DNA of 64,000 bases from the NCBI RefSeq assembly GCF_023055435.1, contig NW_025963779.1, positions 67,580,001 to 67,644,000 on the forward strand. The letters run 5' to 3'. Positions 52,362-64,000 of the stretch are shown here, piece after piece. Within the stretch, counting starts at the first letter, position 1. Every line of letters begins with the position of its first letter. Made by a program: the position numbers and the translations under genes. The notes under the pieces were generated by a model. The model worked only from the letters and a program-made list of their open reading frames with translations, was not told the origin of the DNA and ran no database searches. Source of the DNA: Haliotis rufescens. Taxonomy: Eukaryota.

Positions 52362-52589
52362 ATCTATATAAATATATTACAATGTTGAAACGCTTGTCGG
52401 AGTTTTATTGAAGGATGTTTACAATCCAGTGAGAGCAGCAGCACCTAACATGTAGCTGAGTTACGTAATCGAGCGTCAACCGCTATTAATAAACTTCAAG
52501 TCGAGGTGTCCTTATATCCTTATACACGTACAAATCTTAACTAGATCTTAATTCTGAACTATCAGACCCCGGTAGATTGTATGAATAAT

Positions 52590-52960
52590 AATGAAGGCGT
52601 TCGTGAAAAGGTGAGCGTTACCTGCCAAGCCTGTCTCAAACACATGCAAAGGCAAGTCAACTGTTCACCTAAACAAAAACGAGAACATATGGTACAATTA
52701 AAAACAAGGAATTGCATTAGACATCACTTTGGTAACTGGTCAAATTTGGAAATGTCTTCCACGATCAGGTCTACCTTAAAATGTTTTGAATGCTGTAACC
52801 CTGATCAAACACCTTTTGAGCAAAGGTCGCATGATACACATTGAAATCTGCTTTATTGTACCTCAAAAGTTGTTAATGTAGACACCAAATACAAATTGGT
52901 AACACGAATATAAATTGTCCATGCCAATTCGATAATGTTGATGACATAATGTTTATTGAA
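52590..52960 (-). mobile_element. Decayed Penelope-like remnant (same family as 640-1170)
   Basis: Collinear with 780-1100 (aaacacatgcaaaggcaagtcaa, ggaattgcat..gacatca). Confidence 0.55.
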
Positions 52961-53874
52961 TATAAACCATTGTTAGTAAAGAGGGCTAGAGTACATCCAC
53001 CAATTCATGGGTACACAAAATGTAGTGCAAATACAATTGTTGACATCGTGTTCTTGGGTTTTGAAGTTTTGATCAGTTTCCCTAAATGTCCTACCGGTGG
53101 GGCTGGATACGCTCACCTTTTCGCGAACACCTGGCGTGAACACATGCTAATGATATAGTCGGAATTGTACAATCGACTCTGCTTTATGCAGAGACTTCCA
53201 TTGGATATGGAAAGGGTTTTGTCGCTATATTTATAGGAAGAAATTATTTCTGGCTCTTTCAAAATAAGGTAAATTCAATGTTGAACATTCCTAGAATTTA
53301 TCAGTGGAAAATAATTATTTGTATGGAAAACAGGGGACGTTTTCCCTGGCCTGGCCAGAATGTAGTCATACCCAGAAAAGGAGTTTAACATTTCAGTGTT
53401 ATGGTCTTAAACCTCGCGGTCACGCAGTCATGAAACAACACAGCCCTGGTCTCTTGAAACATGATGATGTGTAGAACCTTTTCGCTCAGTCTTTCTGAAG
53501 AAAGAATCTTCATGAATATATAATGTTGCCATTGTCATAATGAACACTGGATTAATTGATTGTAGGTACGTGTGGTGATTCCTTATCTATTGAACGAATT
53601 GTTGTTTTCGTGGTCAAGGTCAAGATACCAGATAGTAGGACAAAAGAACGGAATTCATGATTGCAAATGTTTGGTCATATGGCAAAAACTCACCTTAAAG
53701 TACAACCACAGACAATAAGTTTCTCAACATTTATCCAAAAATGATTTCTGTCATTATTTGATTTTTTTTGTGTGTGTGTTTTATTTAGTAGCTCAACAAC
53801 ATAAATGGATCTAACGAACCTTCCATAGTTACAAAGAGTTTCAAATTCATTTATGTTAAATGAGGATCAATATG

Positions 53875-54186
53875 GCTCCGTGGTCTAGAGGTAGAGCGTC
53901 CGTGCGGAGAGCGGAAGGTCCGGGGTTCGATCATACCAAAAGACGTTAAAAGATTGTACTTGTTGTTACCCTGTCTGGCGCTCGGCATTAAGGGGCTAAA
54001 ACAAGGACTGGTTGGCTCGGAGGGAGTATACTGTGTCTGAGTGGGTATTCCCGTTAAGCTAGCACTATAAATCGGCATCAGCCCGGACTAGTACAAGCAG
54101 CCACACAAACACACATACGTACATGCACGTCGCTGTATAAGTGCAATAATCTTGGACGCGACGTTAAACCCTATTTCACCTCACCC
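53875..54186 (+). mobile_element. SINE family B
   Basis: Collinear with 44576-44945. Confidence 0.85.
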
Positions 54187-54672
54187 ACCTTATATTTGAA
54201 CATTTGAAGTTGTTTCACTTTTAGATCAAATTTATGCATTATTGAATCGACATCAAAGACAGTGCGTCGCAATTTTTGATAACATTGTGTATTTTACTGT
54301 CTTGATTTGCAACTATTATTGACGTCCAAACTTTTATAAAGTGAAATAAATTATGATATTTTAATAAAGTATTTTCAGATTCCTAAGCTGGCTCAAAAGT
54401 AGATTTTAAAATATCTCATGAAATCCATTTTGTAAAAAGAAACATTTAAAATAAAACATTTTAGCTATGTTCTTGATCACTATCAGTTAAAAGGAAGTTA
54501 TTTGTTAGTGTAGTAGTTTATTCAAAAAGTAATATAGTGATAAAAATATAATGTGCTGAGGTAAGGTATTTCAGTTTCAATTGTCTGAATTGGTACAGTC
54601 AATATATTTTTAAATACACAGAATCATGGGAACAACCACCTGCATTTATTGGCATGTATTGTTCCGGGGCAT

Positions 54673-57125
54673 TCATGTCTACCTCACAAGGTTTGGGTGA
54701 AAGACATTTCAGCGGCATATGCCTAAATGAAGAGGAATCGTTTCATGTCTACCTCACAAGGTTTGGGTGAAAGACATTTCAGCGGCATATGCCTAAATGA
54801 AGAGGAATCGTTTCATGTCTACCTCACAAGGTTTGGGTGAAAGACATTTCAGCGGCATATGCCTAAATGAAGAGGAATCGTTTCATGTCTACCTCACAAG
54901 GTTTGGGTGAAAGACATTTCAGCGGCATATGCCTAAATGAAGAGGAATCGTTTCATGTCTACCTCACAAGATTTGGGTGAAAGACATTTCAGCGGCATAT
55001 GCCTAAATGAAGAGGAATCGTTTCATGTCTACCTCACAAGGTTTGGGTGAAAGACATTTCAGCGGCATATGCCTAAATGAAGAGGAATCGTTTCATGTCT
55101 ACCTCACAAGGTTTGGGTGAAAGACATTTTAGCGGCATATGCCTAAATGAAGAGGAATCGTTTCATGTCTACCTCACAAGATTTGGGTGAAAGACATTTC
55201 AGCGGCATATGCCTAAATGAAGAGGAATCGTTTCATGTCTACCTCACAAGATTTGGGTGAAAGACATTTCAGCGGCATATGCCTAAATGAAGAGGAATCG
55301 TTTCATGTCTACCTCACAAGGTTTGGGTGAAAGACATTTCAGCGGCATATGCCTAAATGAAGAGGAATCGTTTCATGTCTACCTCACAAGGTTTGGGTGA
55401 AAGACATTTCAGCGGCATATGCCTAAATGAAGAGGAATCGTTTCATGTCTACCTCACAAGATTTGGGTGAAAGATATTTCAGCGGCATATGCCTACATGA
55501 AGAGGAATCGTTTCATGTCTACCTCACAAGGTTTGGGTGAAAGACATTTCAGCGGCATATGCCTAAATGAAGAGGAATCGTTTCATGTCTACCTCACAAG
55601 ATTTGGGTGAAAGACATTTCAGCGGCATATGCCTAAATGAAGAGGAATCGTTTCATGTCTACCTCACAAGGTTTGGGTGAAAGACATTTCAGCGGCATAT
55701 GCCTAAATGAAGAGGAATCGTTTCATGTCTACCTCACAAGGTTTGGGTGAAAGACATTTCAGCGGCATATGCCTAAATGAAGAGGAATCGTTTCATGTCT
55801 ACCTCACAAGGTTTGGGTGAAAGACATTTCAGCGGCATATGCCTAAATGAAGAGGAATCGTTTCATGTCTACCTCACAAGGTTTGGGTGAAAGACATTTC
55901 AGCGGCATATGCCTAAATGAAGAGGAATCGTTTCATGTCTACCTCACAAGGTTTGGGTGAAAGACATTTCAGCGGCATATGCCTAAATGAAGAGGAATCG
56001 TTTCATGTCTACCTCACAAGGTTTGGGTGAAAGACATTTCAGCGGCATATGCCTAAATGAAGAGGAATCGTTTCATGTCTACCTCACAAGGTTTGGATGA
56101 AAGACATTTCAGCGGCATATGCCTTAATGAAGAGGAGTCGTTTCATGTCTACCTCACAAGGTTTGGGTGAAAGACGTTTCAGCGGCATATGCCTAAATGA
56201 AGAGGAATCGTTTCATGTCTACCTCACAAGGTTTGGGTGAAAGACTTTTCAGCGGCATATGCCTAAATGAAGAGGAATCGTTTCATGTCTACCTCACAAG
56301 GTTTGGGTGAAAGACATTTCAGCGGCATATGCCTAAATGAAGAGGAATCGTTTCATGTCTACCTCACAAGATTTGGGTGAAAGACATTTCAGCGGCATAT
56401 GCCTAAATGAAGAGGAATCGTTTCATGTCTACCTCACAAGGTTTGGGTGAAAGACATTTCAGCGGCATATGCCTAAATGAAGAGGAATCGTTTCATGTCT
56501 ACCTCACAAGGTTTGGGTGAAAGACATTTCAGCGGCATATGCCTAAATGAAGAGGAATCGTTTCATGTCTACCTCACAAGGTTTGGGTGAAAGACATTTC
56601 AGAGGCATATGCCTAAATGAAGAGGAATCGTTTCATGTCTACCTCACAAGGTTTGGGTGAAAGACATTTCAGCGGCATATGCCTAAATGAAGAGGAATCG
56701 TTTCATGTCTACCTCACAAGGTTTGGATGAAAGACATTTCAGCGGCATATGCCTAAATGAAGAGGAGTCGTTTCATGTCTACCTCACAAGGTTTGGGTGA
56801 AAGACATTTCAGCGGCATATGCCTAAATGAAGAGGAATCGTTTCATGTCTACCTCACAAGGTTTGGGTGAAAGACATTTCAGCGGCATATGCCTAAATGA
56901 AGAGGAATCGTTTCATGTCTACCTCACAAGGTTTGGGTGAAAGACATTTCAGCGGCATATGCCTAAATGAAGAGGAATCGTTTCATGTCTACCTCACAAG
57001 GTTTGGGTGAAAGACATTTCAGCGGCATATGCCTAAATGAAGAAGAATCGTTTCATGTCTACCTCACAAGGTTTGGGTGAAAGACATTTCTGCGGCATAT
57101 GCCTAAATGAAGAGGAATCGTTTCA
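54673..57125. repeat. Highly homogeneous 70-bp tandem repeat, 35 copies
   Basis: tttcatgtct at 54741, 54811, 54881 and onward. Only scattered single substitutions. Confidence 0.97.
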
Positions 57126-58509
57126 GCACAAAGAGCTAAGTTCCAATGGTTCTATCAAATCAATGTAACCAGCAGGGTGTATTTATGAATAATGTAAACA
57201 TTGTCATAACTTGAACCTTTTTTTTATCTAATTACATTTGTATTTGAATAGTCTCTATAACCTTTTACTAAGAATTATTTCCATACATGTTGTTTTATTA
57301 TGTTGGGCACAAACACTTATAAATAACTTGTCCATAAATAGTTATTAAATATGAAATCATGTATACAGAAGAATACAGATGTAAGAATTATGATATATAC
57401 GAGCAGCCTAGTTCTAGGTGTGCTGCTTCGTTACAACAAGGCCTGGGTCTGGTTCACAACATGATTGCGGCCGTTGTGTAGTCCAGTGACCAAAACCTTA
57501 GCATGACTTGATATCTTTATCTACAGTTTGCTGATTGGACGGTGAGGTATATTTAGTCCTACATATCTGGCCTGAAGAGCCACTAGGTCCTTGATAACAG
57601 GTAAGCAGACCATTAACGTTTTTACTCTCGTTCATGAGGCGGACTAATTTCTGAAGTATAATTATTTTGATGTCAAATTCTGTCTGAGAGTTACTATTTC
57701 CTTTCTTGGACCCATCCATTATTCTAATCTTAGCAGTTTAGGTTGTACATCTCGGATGATAGTTATTTTTTAATGTATACATGTATTAAAAGTTATAAGT
57801 TTTAATGTGACACAGTGGCCTTCTGTTCATGACTAAATGCATGTACCCTTTATAAAAGCTGTGATACTGAATGACAGAATACCCATTTCTGCTGAATGAG
57901 GTTTTTATTTTTCCACATTGTTACGAGGTCATTTCCAAATTCAAACGCAAAGTTAAAACCAGAAATGGTTTAGGATAGAACTACAGTATGAAATCAGTAA
58001 ATGACAACAAAAGATCAATGAATAATTAACAAAATATATTAATACACAGAATCTTAGGTTCACAATCAAAAACGTCAATACAATGGGTAACAATAAGTCC
58101 CGGTGACAATAAGTAACAGGCCCAGTAGAGCAGTGCACTCACGAATGTCGCGAATTTGTCCCTGTCAAATAACTGGAGAGTTATAGTGTTGGAAGCTGGC
58201 AGGAATCCTCTGTTTTCAAATTTCCCGTCCGCAATGGGCAGGTAGATAAGACGCAAATCAGGTCATAAAAGATCTCTAATCGCACTTGTGTACATCCCAG
58301 ATAAAGGTACAGAAAGCATTCTGGAAACATCTCGAACGATCAAGTCTGTCCCGTGTTTGACAACAACCAACGTCAGATACCTCTAAATCCCATTTCAGGC
58401 TTAATACGGCACTTGATATTTTCGAGCTCCTCGGTCATTTGCTGCCACTGACCATCACTACCAGTAAACCCAAAGCACTGTCTATTGCCACATAACATCA
58501 TCGCCATGC

Positions 58510-59092
58510 ATAATATAATATAACTACAGATTTATATAGCGCTGGTATCCAGTTCGAAGCGCTTCATTTGAGTCTACACAAAAAAGAGACATTACACAGC
58601 TAGGAAAACACAAAAGCCTCAATACTCCAAGAAAGATTTGGTGAAAAGATAGGTTTTGAGTCTTGATCGGAACAAAGAAGGACTGTCAATGTTCCTGATA
58701 TCCAATGGCAGCCTACTCCATAGCTCAGGGGCAACTTTGGCGAAACTCCGACCACCAAAAGTCGCCGTTCTAACACTAGGCACAGAGAGTAGGAACTGGC
58801 AGCTTGATCTGAGAGATCTCCCAGGCACGTACTCTTCAAGAAGCTCGCTGATATAAGTTGGTTTTTGATTGTGTCTCGCATTGAACACAATCAGCATCAC
58901 TTTATACTGGATTCTCTCATTGATTTTGAGCCAGTGGAGGTTCCGTAGAATCGGTGTGATATGGTCAAACTTTTTAGATTTAGTAACCAGCCTGGCAGCA
59001 CAGTTTTGAACTCTTTGAAGTTTAGTCAAAAGGTTTTGGGGAAGGCCGATGAGTAGTCCATTACAGAAATCTAGATGTGAGAAGCAGCTGTT
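58510..59092 (-). mobile_element. 5'-truncated L2/CR1-group LINE (RT C-terminus plus 3' UTR)
   Basis: LDFCNGLLIGLP..LTKLQRVQNCAARLV...HITPILRNLHWLKINERIQYK...RSLRS...GGRSF...APELWSRLP..IR...FRSRLKTYLF is the typical L2-type C-terminus. Short TA-rich tail. Confidence 0.88.
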
Positions 59093-59164
59093 TTTGCATT
59101 TATACACTGGCGAATCTGTCCAATATTGAGTAACTGTCTTTCCTTCTTTCAGACAGGTTGCAGC

Positions 59165-61588
59165 ATGCATCTCCTTTCCATTCTCTTGTTAGTGACAGGC
59201 AGCCACGTGATGGGCTGGGATCCTGACGCGGGTTTGATAGGTTCATACACGAAAAGACCTGGGGCAAAGGTCATTGCCTCATCCAATCAGAAAGATGCTG
59301 ATTTGGTAATTGACAACAAAGATGGCACCCACTGGACTTCAGAAGGATGTCTACCAATGCAATACATTCCTCATGCAGAGTTGAATGTTTTGTTAAATGC
59401 CTGCCAGAAAGGTCATTGTTCCAGCTCATCGGGTTCTTCGGGGATAGCATCCGCTACTGATGGAAACTGGGGTACAGCTTTTAGATCTAACGTTGTTAAC
59501 GGTAAAGCTGAACTTCATATCAAACTTGATAGTGATATTCCTCTTCGGTTCGTCACGTTGCAGGGAAATTTTGGTGGGCAGGCGACCTTGACCGTTGATC
59601 ATGGCAATGACCATAAGACAGTGAAAGTCATGGACACTAAGGATGACTATCACAAAGAGACGCTGCCTCTGAATAATGCCACTGCATCGGGAATTTCAAT
59701 AACTTCAAGCCAGGCATTCACCATTCAAGAAATAGGTGCTCTTGGTATTTTAGGATGTGTCGATCGTCTGATAGTAGACCTTGGTTCAGTGGAGACTCTT
59801 GGATCTATCAGAGTTCGATCCTGGCCAGGAACAGAAACATACTATTCAAGACTGATGACATCACTTGACATGAAAACTTGGCATAAAATTACAGACATCA
59901 ATCCAAAAATTGTTAATGTACAATTGTTCAAGATAGATCCACCTGTTCAGGCCAGGTACGTTGCTGTTGAACACGACATCCATACTGAAGACTGGGTTAA
60001 ATCCTATGTCTGGGAACTGGATGCCTTTGGAGCAGATGGAAACTGGGGACCAGCACCATCACCTAAGCCGAATACCAAATCCCTGCACCAGATGTTTGGT
60101 GTGAACGGCATCTGGGGATGGGGATCTCGAGGTCCGAGTGTAAACTTAAAGCCGGGTCAAGGAGCTTACCTGTACGATAAAGTGGCCTCTCATGCCAGGA
60201 ACTACCATCAGCTCGGGTGGGATGTGAAAGCACCCGGCAACAGGGCTGGGTATGACCAAATGGCACAAGGTCATGGAACCAACTCCCTACCTTGGGTAAA
60301 CTGGGACACAGAGTACGACATTTGGGTGAAGGCTAATTTGTCGGTTGATGCCTCCATTCAGTTCAAGGCCGACAAGTACCCTCCAAATGTTTGGAAAAAC
60401 CCAAAACAAGACGCGTATCAATTCGGTAAAGATTTTGCTGCTCATTTCGGACCTACAAATGGCAATGGTTTTATCACGGCAGCTGAAGTGGGAAATGAAC
60501 CATGGGATTATCTTCACGATTTCTACGCCACAATTCTTGAAGGAATGGCTAAAGGCCTCAAAGATGGAGACCCAGGAATCAAGGTCCTCCCTGCAGCGTT
60601 TCAGGCTTATGACAAAACTGCTGAAAACCCTCCATGGCATGCCAACTATATCGGTACAAGGGTGACCGAGGCAATTGCTCCCTACATTGATGTGCTGAAT
60701 GATCACGTGTACAGCTTTGTAACACTGCCAAATGGCACACGTATTATGTCTCACCCAGAGCATCCCCTAAGTATGTTCAACAGCATGAAAAACATGGTCA
60801 GATGGCGAGACGTGAACATGCCCAACACCCCTGTGTGGATCACCGAGTACGGCTGGGACTGTGCTGGAGCCGGGGAAACCTGCACCTACTCCGAGTGTGT
60901 GTCTGAACGAGCGGCAGCACTGTACGGCGTCCGGGCTCTCTTGATCATGGCCCGGCTAGGTACATTCCTTTCTCTCTCAATCATCTTTGAAACCTGTAAT
61001 AATTGAAACAAGTTGTATTTAAAAGTGACAATGTCATTTCAGAAATTGAGCCTTACATTTGTTTGACATTTTTACTGATGTTCTATGCATTCAGGTATTG
61101 AGAGGGCAACCTGGTTTTTCTACGCCAACCTGGATAAGGCGGAATGCAGTCCTGCAGCCCAGCACATTTTCTGTCGCAGCGGCCTCACGGGATCCAAGGA
61201 GGTCAACTTTGCCAAGAAGAAGGTCTTTGATATCCACAAAGCCTTCCTTGACTACGTGGGCAACACTCATTTCCTGCAGGTCGTCAAAGAGGACAATGAT
61301 GCCTATGTCTATCTCCTTGGTGACATGAAACATGGATCTGGCTCTCCCATGGCAACCCACGTTGTAGCTTGGCGACCTATCAATGGTGACGACAATTCAT
61401 CTCAGTCTGTTTCTTTGAACCTACGAGCTCACCCTAAGTCTGCTAAATACATCACTCCTGATGGTCTGACCACGGCCCCAACACCGTCATCCAGCGGTGG
61501 ACACTGGGTGGTCAGTCTCAAATCTGAACCTATTATAGTTGAGGTCAACAGCTTTGCTGTGTCTGGTGGTGTCAGTCCTGTTGGCTAA
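59165..61588 (+). CDS. Secreted clan GH-A glycoside hydrolase with N-terminal F5/8C modules, copy 2 (~762 aa)
   Basis: Exons 59165-60959 and 61095-61588 (phase-1 intron at the same position as copy 1). Signal peptide MHLLSILLLVTGSHVMG|WD. VGNEPW (Glu 60497-99) and VWITEYGW (Glu 60845-47). Confidence 0.85.
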
Positions 61589-64000
61589 ATTTATATAAAT
61601 ATATTACAACGTTGAAACGCTTGTCGGAGTTTAATTGAAGGATGTTTACAATCCAGTGAGAGCAGCAGCACCTAACATGTAGCTGAGTTACGTATTCGAG
61701 CGTCAACCGCTATTAATAATCCTCAGGTCGAGGTGTCCTTATATCCTTATACAAGTATATATTTCAACAAGACATCTCTGAATCATCAGTCCCCGGTAGA
61801 TTGTATGAATAATAATTAATAAACGCGACAAATCCATAGTTCATTATACGATTCCGACTACAAGGTTGTGTTTGCGAAGCACTATCAAATAAAATAAACA
61901 TTGGCGAACTAAGTATGTTGGAATAATGTTAATGTTAGATGCATAGGATGATGATAGAACCTTCACACATCCACTGCTGGCATGTCTAAATCCCAATACA
62001 TGGCAAAAGTTCCTTGATGACTTTATCGTTGAATCCTTTTCCTCAGGTCAAAGTGTCCTTAATGCAGAAAATCACTTTGCAACAGGTGTAAATCTTAAAC
62101 GATATATTTGAATCATCATTCATAGGCAGTCTATACAAATGGAAACGAATACAAATTGTCATTGTAACTGCCATACAGTTAATGGTATATTATTTTAAAT
62201 TACAAAATACTAAAAATATTTAGTGAGGAGGGAGAGAATTCTTCGACCCATCTATCCATTGTTGCATTCGGAGGTACATGGGGTGTGCTGCAAATACAAT
62301 TGCCGATCTCTAATTCTGGGATTTTTGATGACTTGTTTCATCTTGAATTTTAAGAAGAAATTGCTTCCAGGATGCCTATATGGCTCTTTCAAAATAGAGT
62401 AAGTAAGTTAAATAAAGTTGAACATTTCAGAAAAAATATCAGTACCAGATTATGGTGCATATGGAAACTGTGGACGTTTTCACAGGCCTGTTCAGAACGT
62501 ATTGATGACGAAAAACAGACTAAAGCCCCGTGGTCACACTTGCTGATGAAGAATACTCCATCAATACATTCTTAAACATGTTCGTAATAAACACTGGATT
62601 AATGATTTGTAAAATATCGTAGGTATTTGGGCTGATTCCTTATCTTTTGAACAAAATTTTGTTTACACGCTGTGGCGGTCAGGTCACAGTAGCCAGAAAG
62701 TAGGCCAAAAAACTGACTTCATTACGTTGCGTGGCGGAAAGGCAGCTCAGGAAAATTGCAACCAAAGAAAAAACATAGTAAAATATAACTCGACTGCATG
62801 TAACTCAGGTTATGCATTAGTTCGGGCATTCTCCTGATGGGGTGCAAGAGGTAGACCTTATCCAAAAAGGTTCCGTGTTCTCAAAGAAAAATATGCTTAT
62901 CAGCATTTATCACAGGTACATTTTTTTTATAAACTGTGTAGCTACGTTTCACATCATAATCAGAAGAAGTAGAGAAGGAGAATAAATGTATTTGCATGAA
63001 GGCCCCAGGGCCATATACTCAAACATATACACACTGCATACACACCATGCATGAATACGGAAATACATAAATACAAATTCACAAGGACTATGTCAGATCA
63101 TTACAACGTCTTTAATAAACATGTAATAAGTAATGTGGTACATGTTTTAAAAAATGTCCATTGTTAGTACCCAAAAGCTGACTTAAGGATATTTTCCCAA
63201 ACTTTCTGGCAGAAACATATTTTCTAAGATCTTCACAATATGAACATAATGCATAATTATTATGTTTTTAGCGAACTGTTAATCTCTGATCACGTGTCCC
63301 AAATCAGACTATCAAAACATCCGCGGCCACGCGCGTCTGTTCGGTATGGGCCGGGAACGCCAAATCTGAATTTCAGATAGTCCCGGGAGAGCCGAAATAA
63401 TAAATCAAGAGATACTGCTGTTGGTACCGGGAGTGCGCCAAATCGACGGATTACCTGTGAGTGCGGTGAATCGTGAATGCGTACCGTTTTATGATATAAA
63501 TGAGGCAAACCGAAATACATTACTAGAAATACACTTCTTGATATAAACAAGTTATTTAGAGTCTACTCACGATGCGGATGTGTTTACAAACAAAGCGCTA
63601 AAGAAGATCAAAACTATTAAAGAGTTTTTGACTAGCTTTACAGTTGCAATGTGTCTATAATACAGTAAATTGGCAAATGCGCAAGTGAACGTGACTTTAA
63701 TAGAGGGTGTGAGAGGCGGACAGACCATGTGTCAGAACTTCCTTACCTGGATTGAACATTAAACAAAGCCGAACACATAATTCGATGGATTCTTCGATGG
63801 AACATTAATTGATTATAATGAATATGTACATTTTAAACTTTTTATACATTTTTACTAAAAATGCATCAATTAAACATTAACTTCTCGGAACTTCTTAACC
63901 GGGACTGAACATTAATATAAATATGTACATTTTAAACAGTCATTTACTTTAATACATAAATACTGTAATGAAATTGATGGGCGGTACTCCTTTGTTCTCG

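Noticed and set aside
54673-57125. Regular repeat array resembling CRISPR or a tandem hammerhead-ribozyme array
   Set aside because: There are no unique spacers and no cas genes, and the context is eukaryotic. I could not find an ordered CUGAnGA...GAAA hammerhead core on either strand.
49496-61588. Bacterial contamination explaining the hydrolase genes
   Set aside because: Both copies have a phase-matched spliceosomal intron and are flanked by the same SINE/LINE families as the rest of the window.

Overview
Eukaryotic, AT-rich, intron-containing animal DNA. It is probably a mollusc and possibly an abalone-type gastropod, an inference from the tRNA-SINE families with (ACTC)n tails and the gene content. 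I assembled five protein-coding genes by hand from GT-AG sites with consistent phases. (1) The 5' part of an SLC27/FATP very-long-chain acyl-CoA synthetase (minus strand, runs off the left edge). (2) A divergently transcribed 3-exon, ~505-aa protein with a PAH-like helical domain, a PLDLS (CtBP-type) motif and a basic C-terminus. (3) A complete 16-exon zinc transporter SLC30A5/ZnT5 (minus strand, ~786 aa). (4,5) Two tandem, intron-poor, secreted clan GH-A glycoside hydrolases with N-terminal F5/8C (CBM32-like) modules and patchwork near-identity to each other. The most unusual structure is ZnT5 intron 8 (7.4 kb). It consists almost entirely of two minisatellites made from the intron's own splice sites: ~65 copies of a 46-47 bp unit carrying the 5' donor, and ~76 copies of a 57 bp unit carrying the 3' acceptor plus the first 8 codons of exon 9. 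The rest of the window is SINEs (at least 4 families), MITEs, LINE and Penelope-like remnants, and further tandem repeats. All calls were made by eye, with no database searches.
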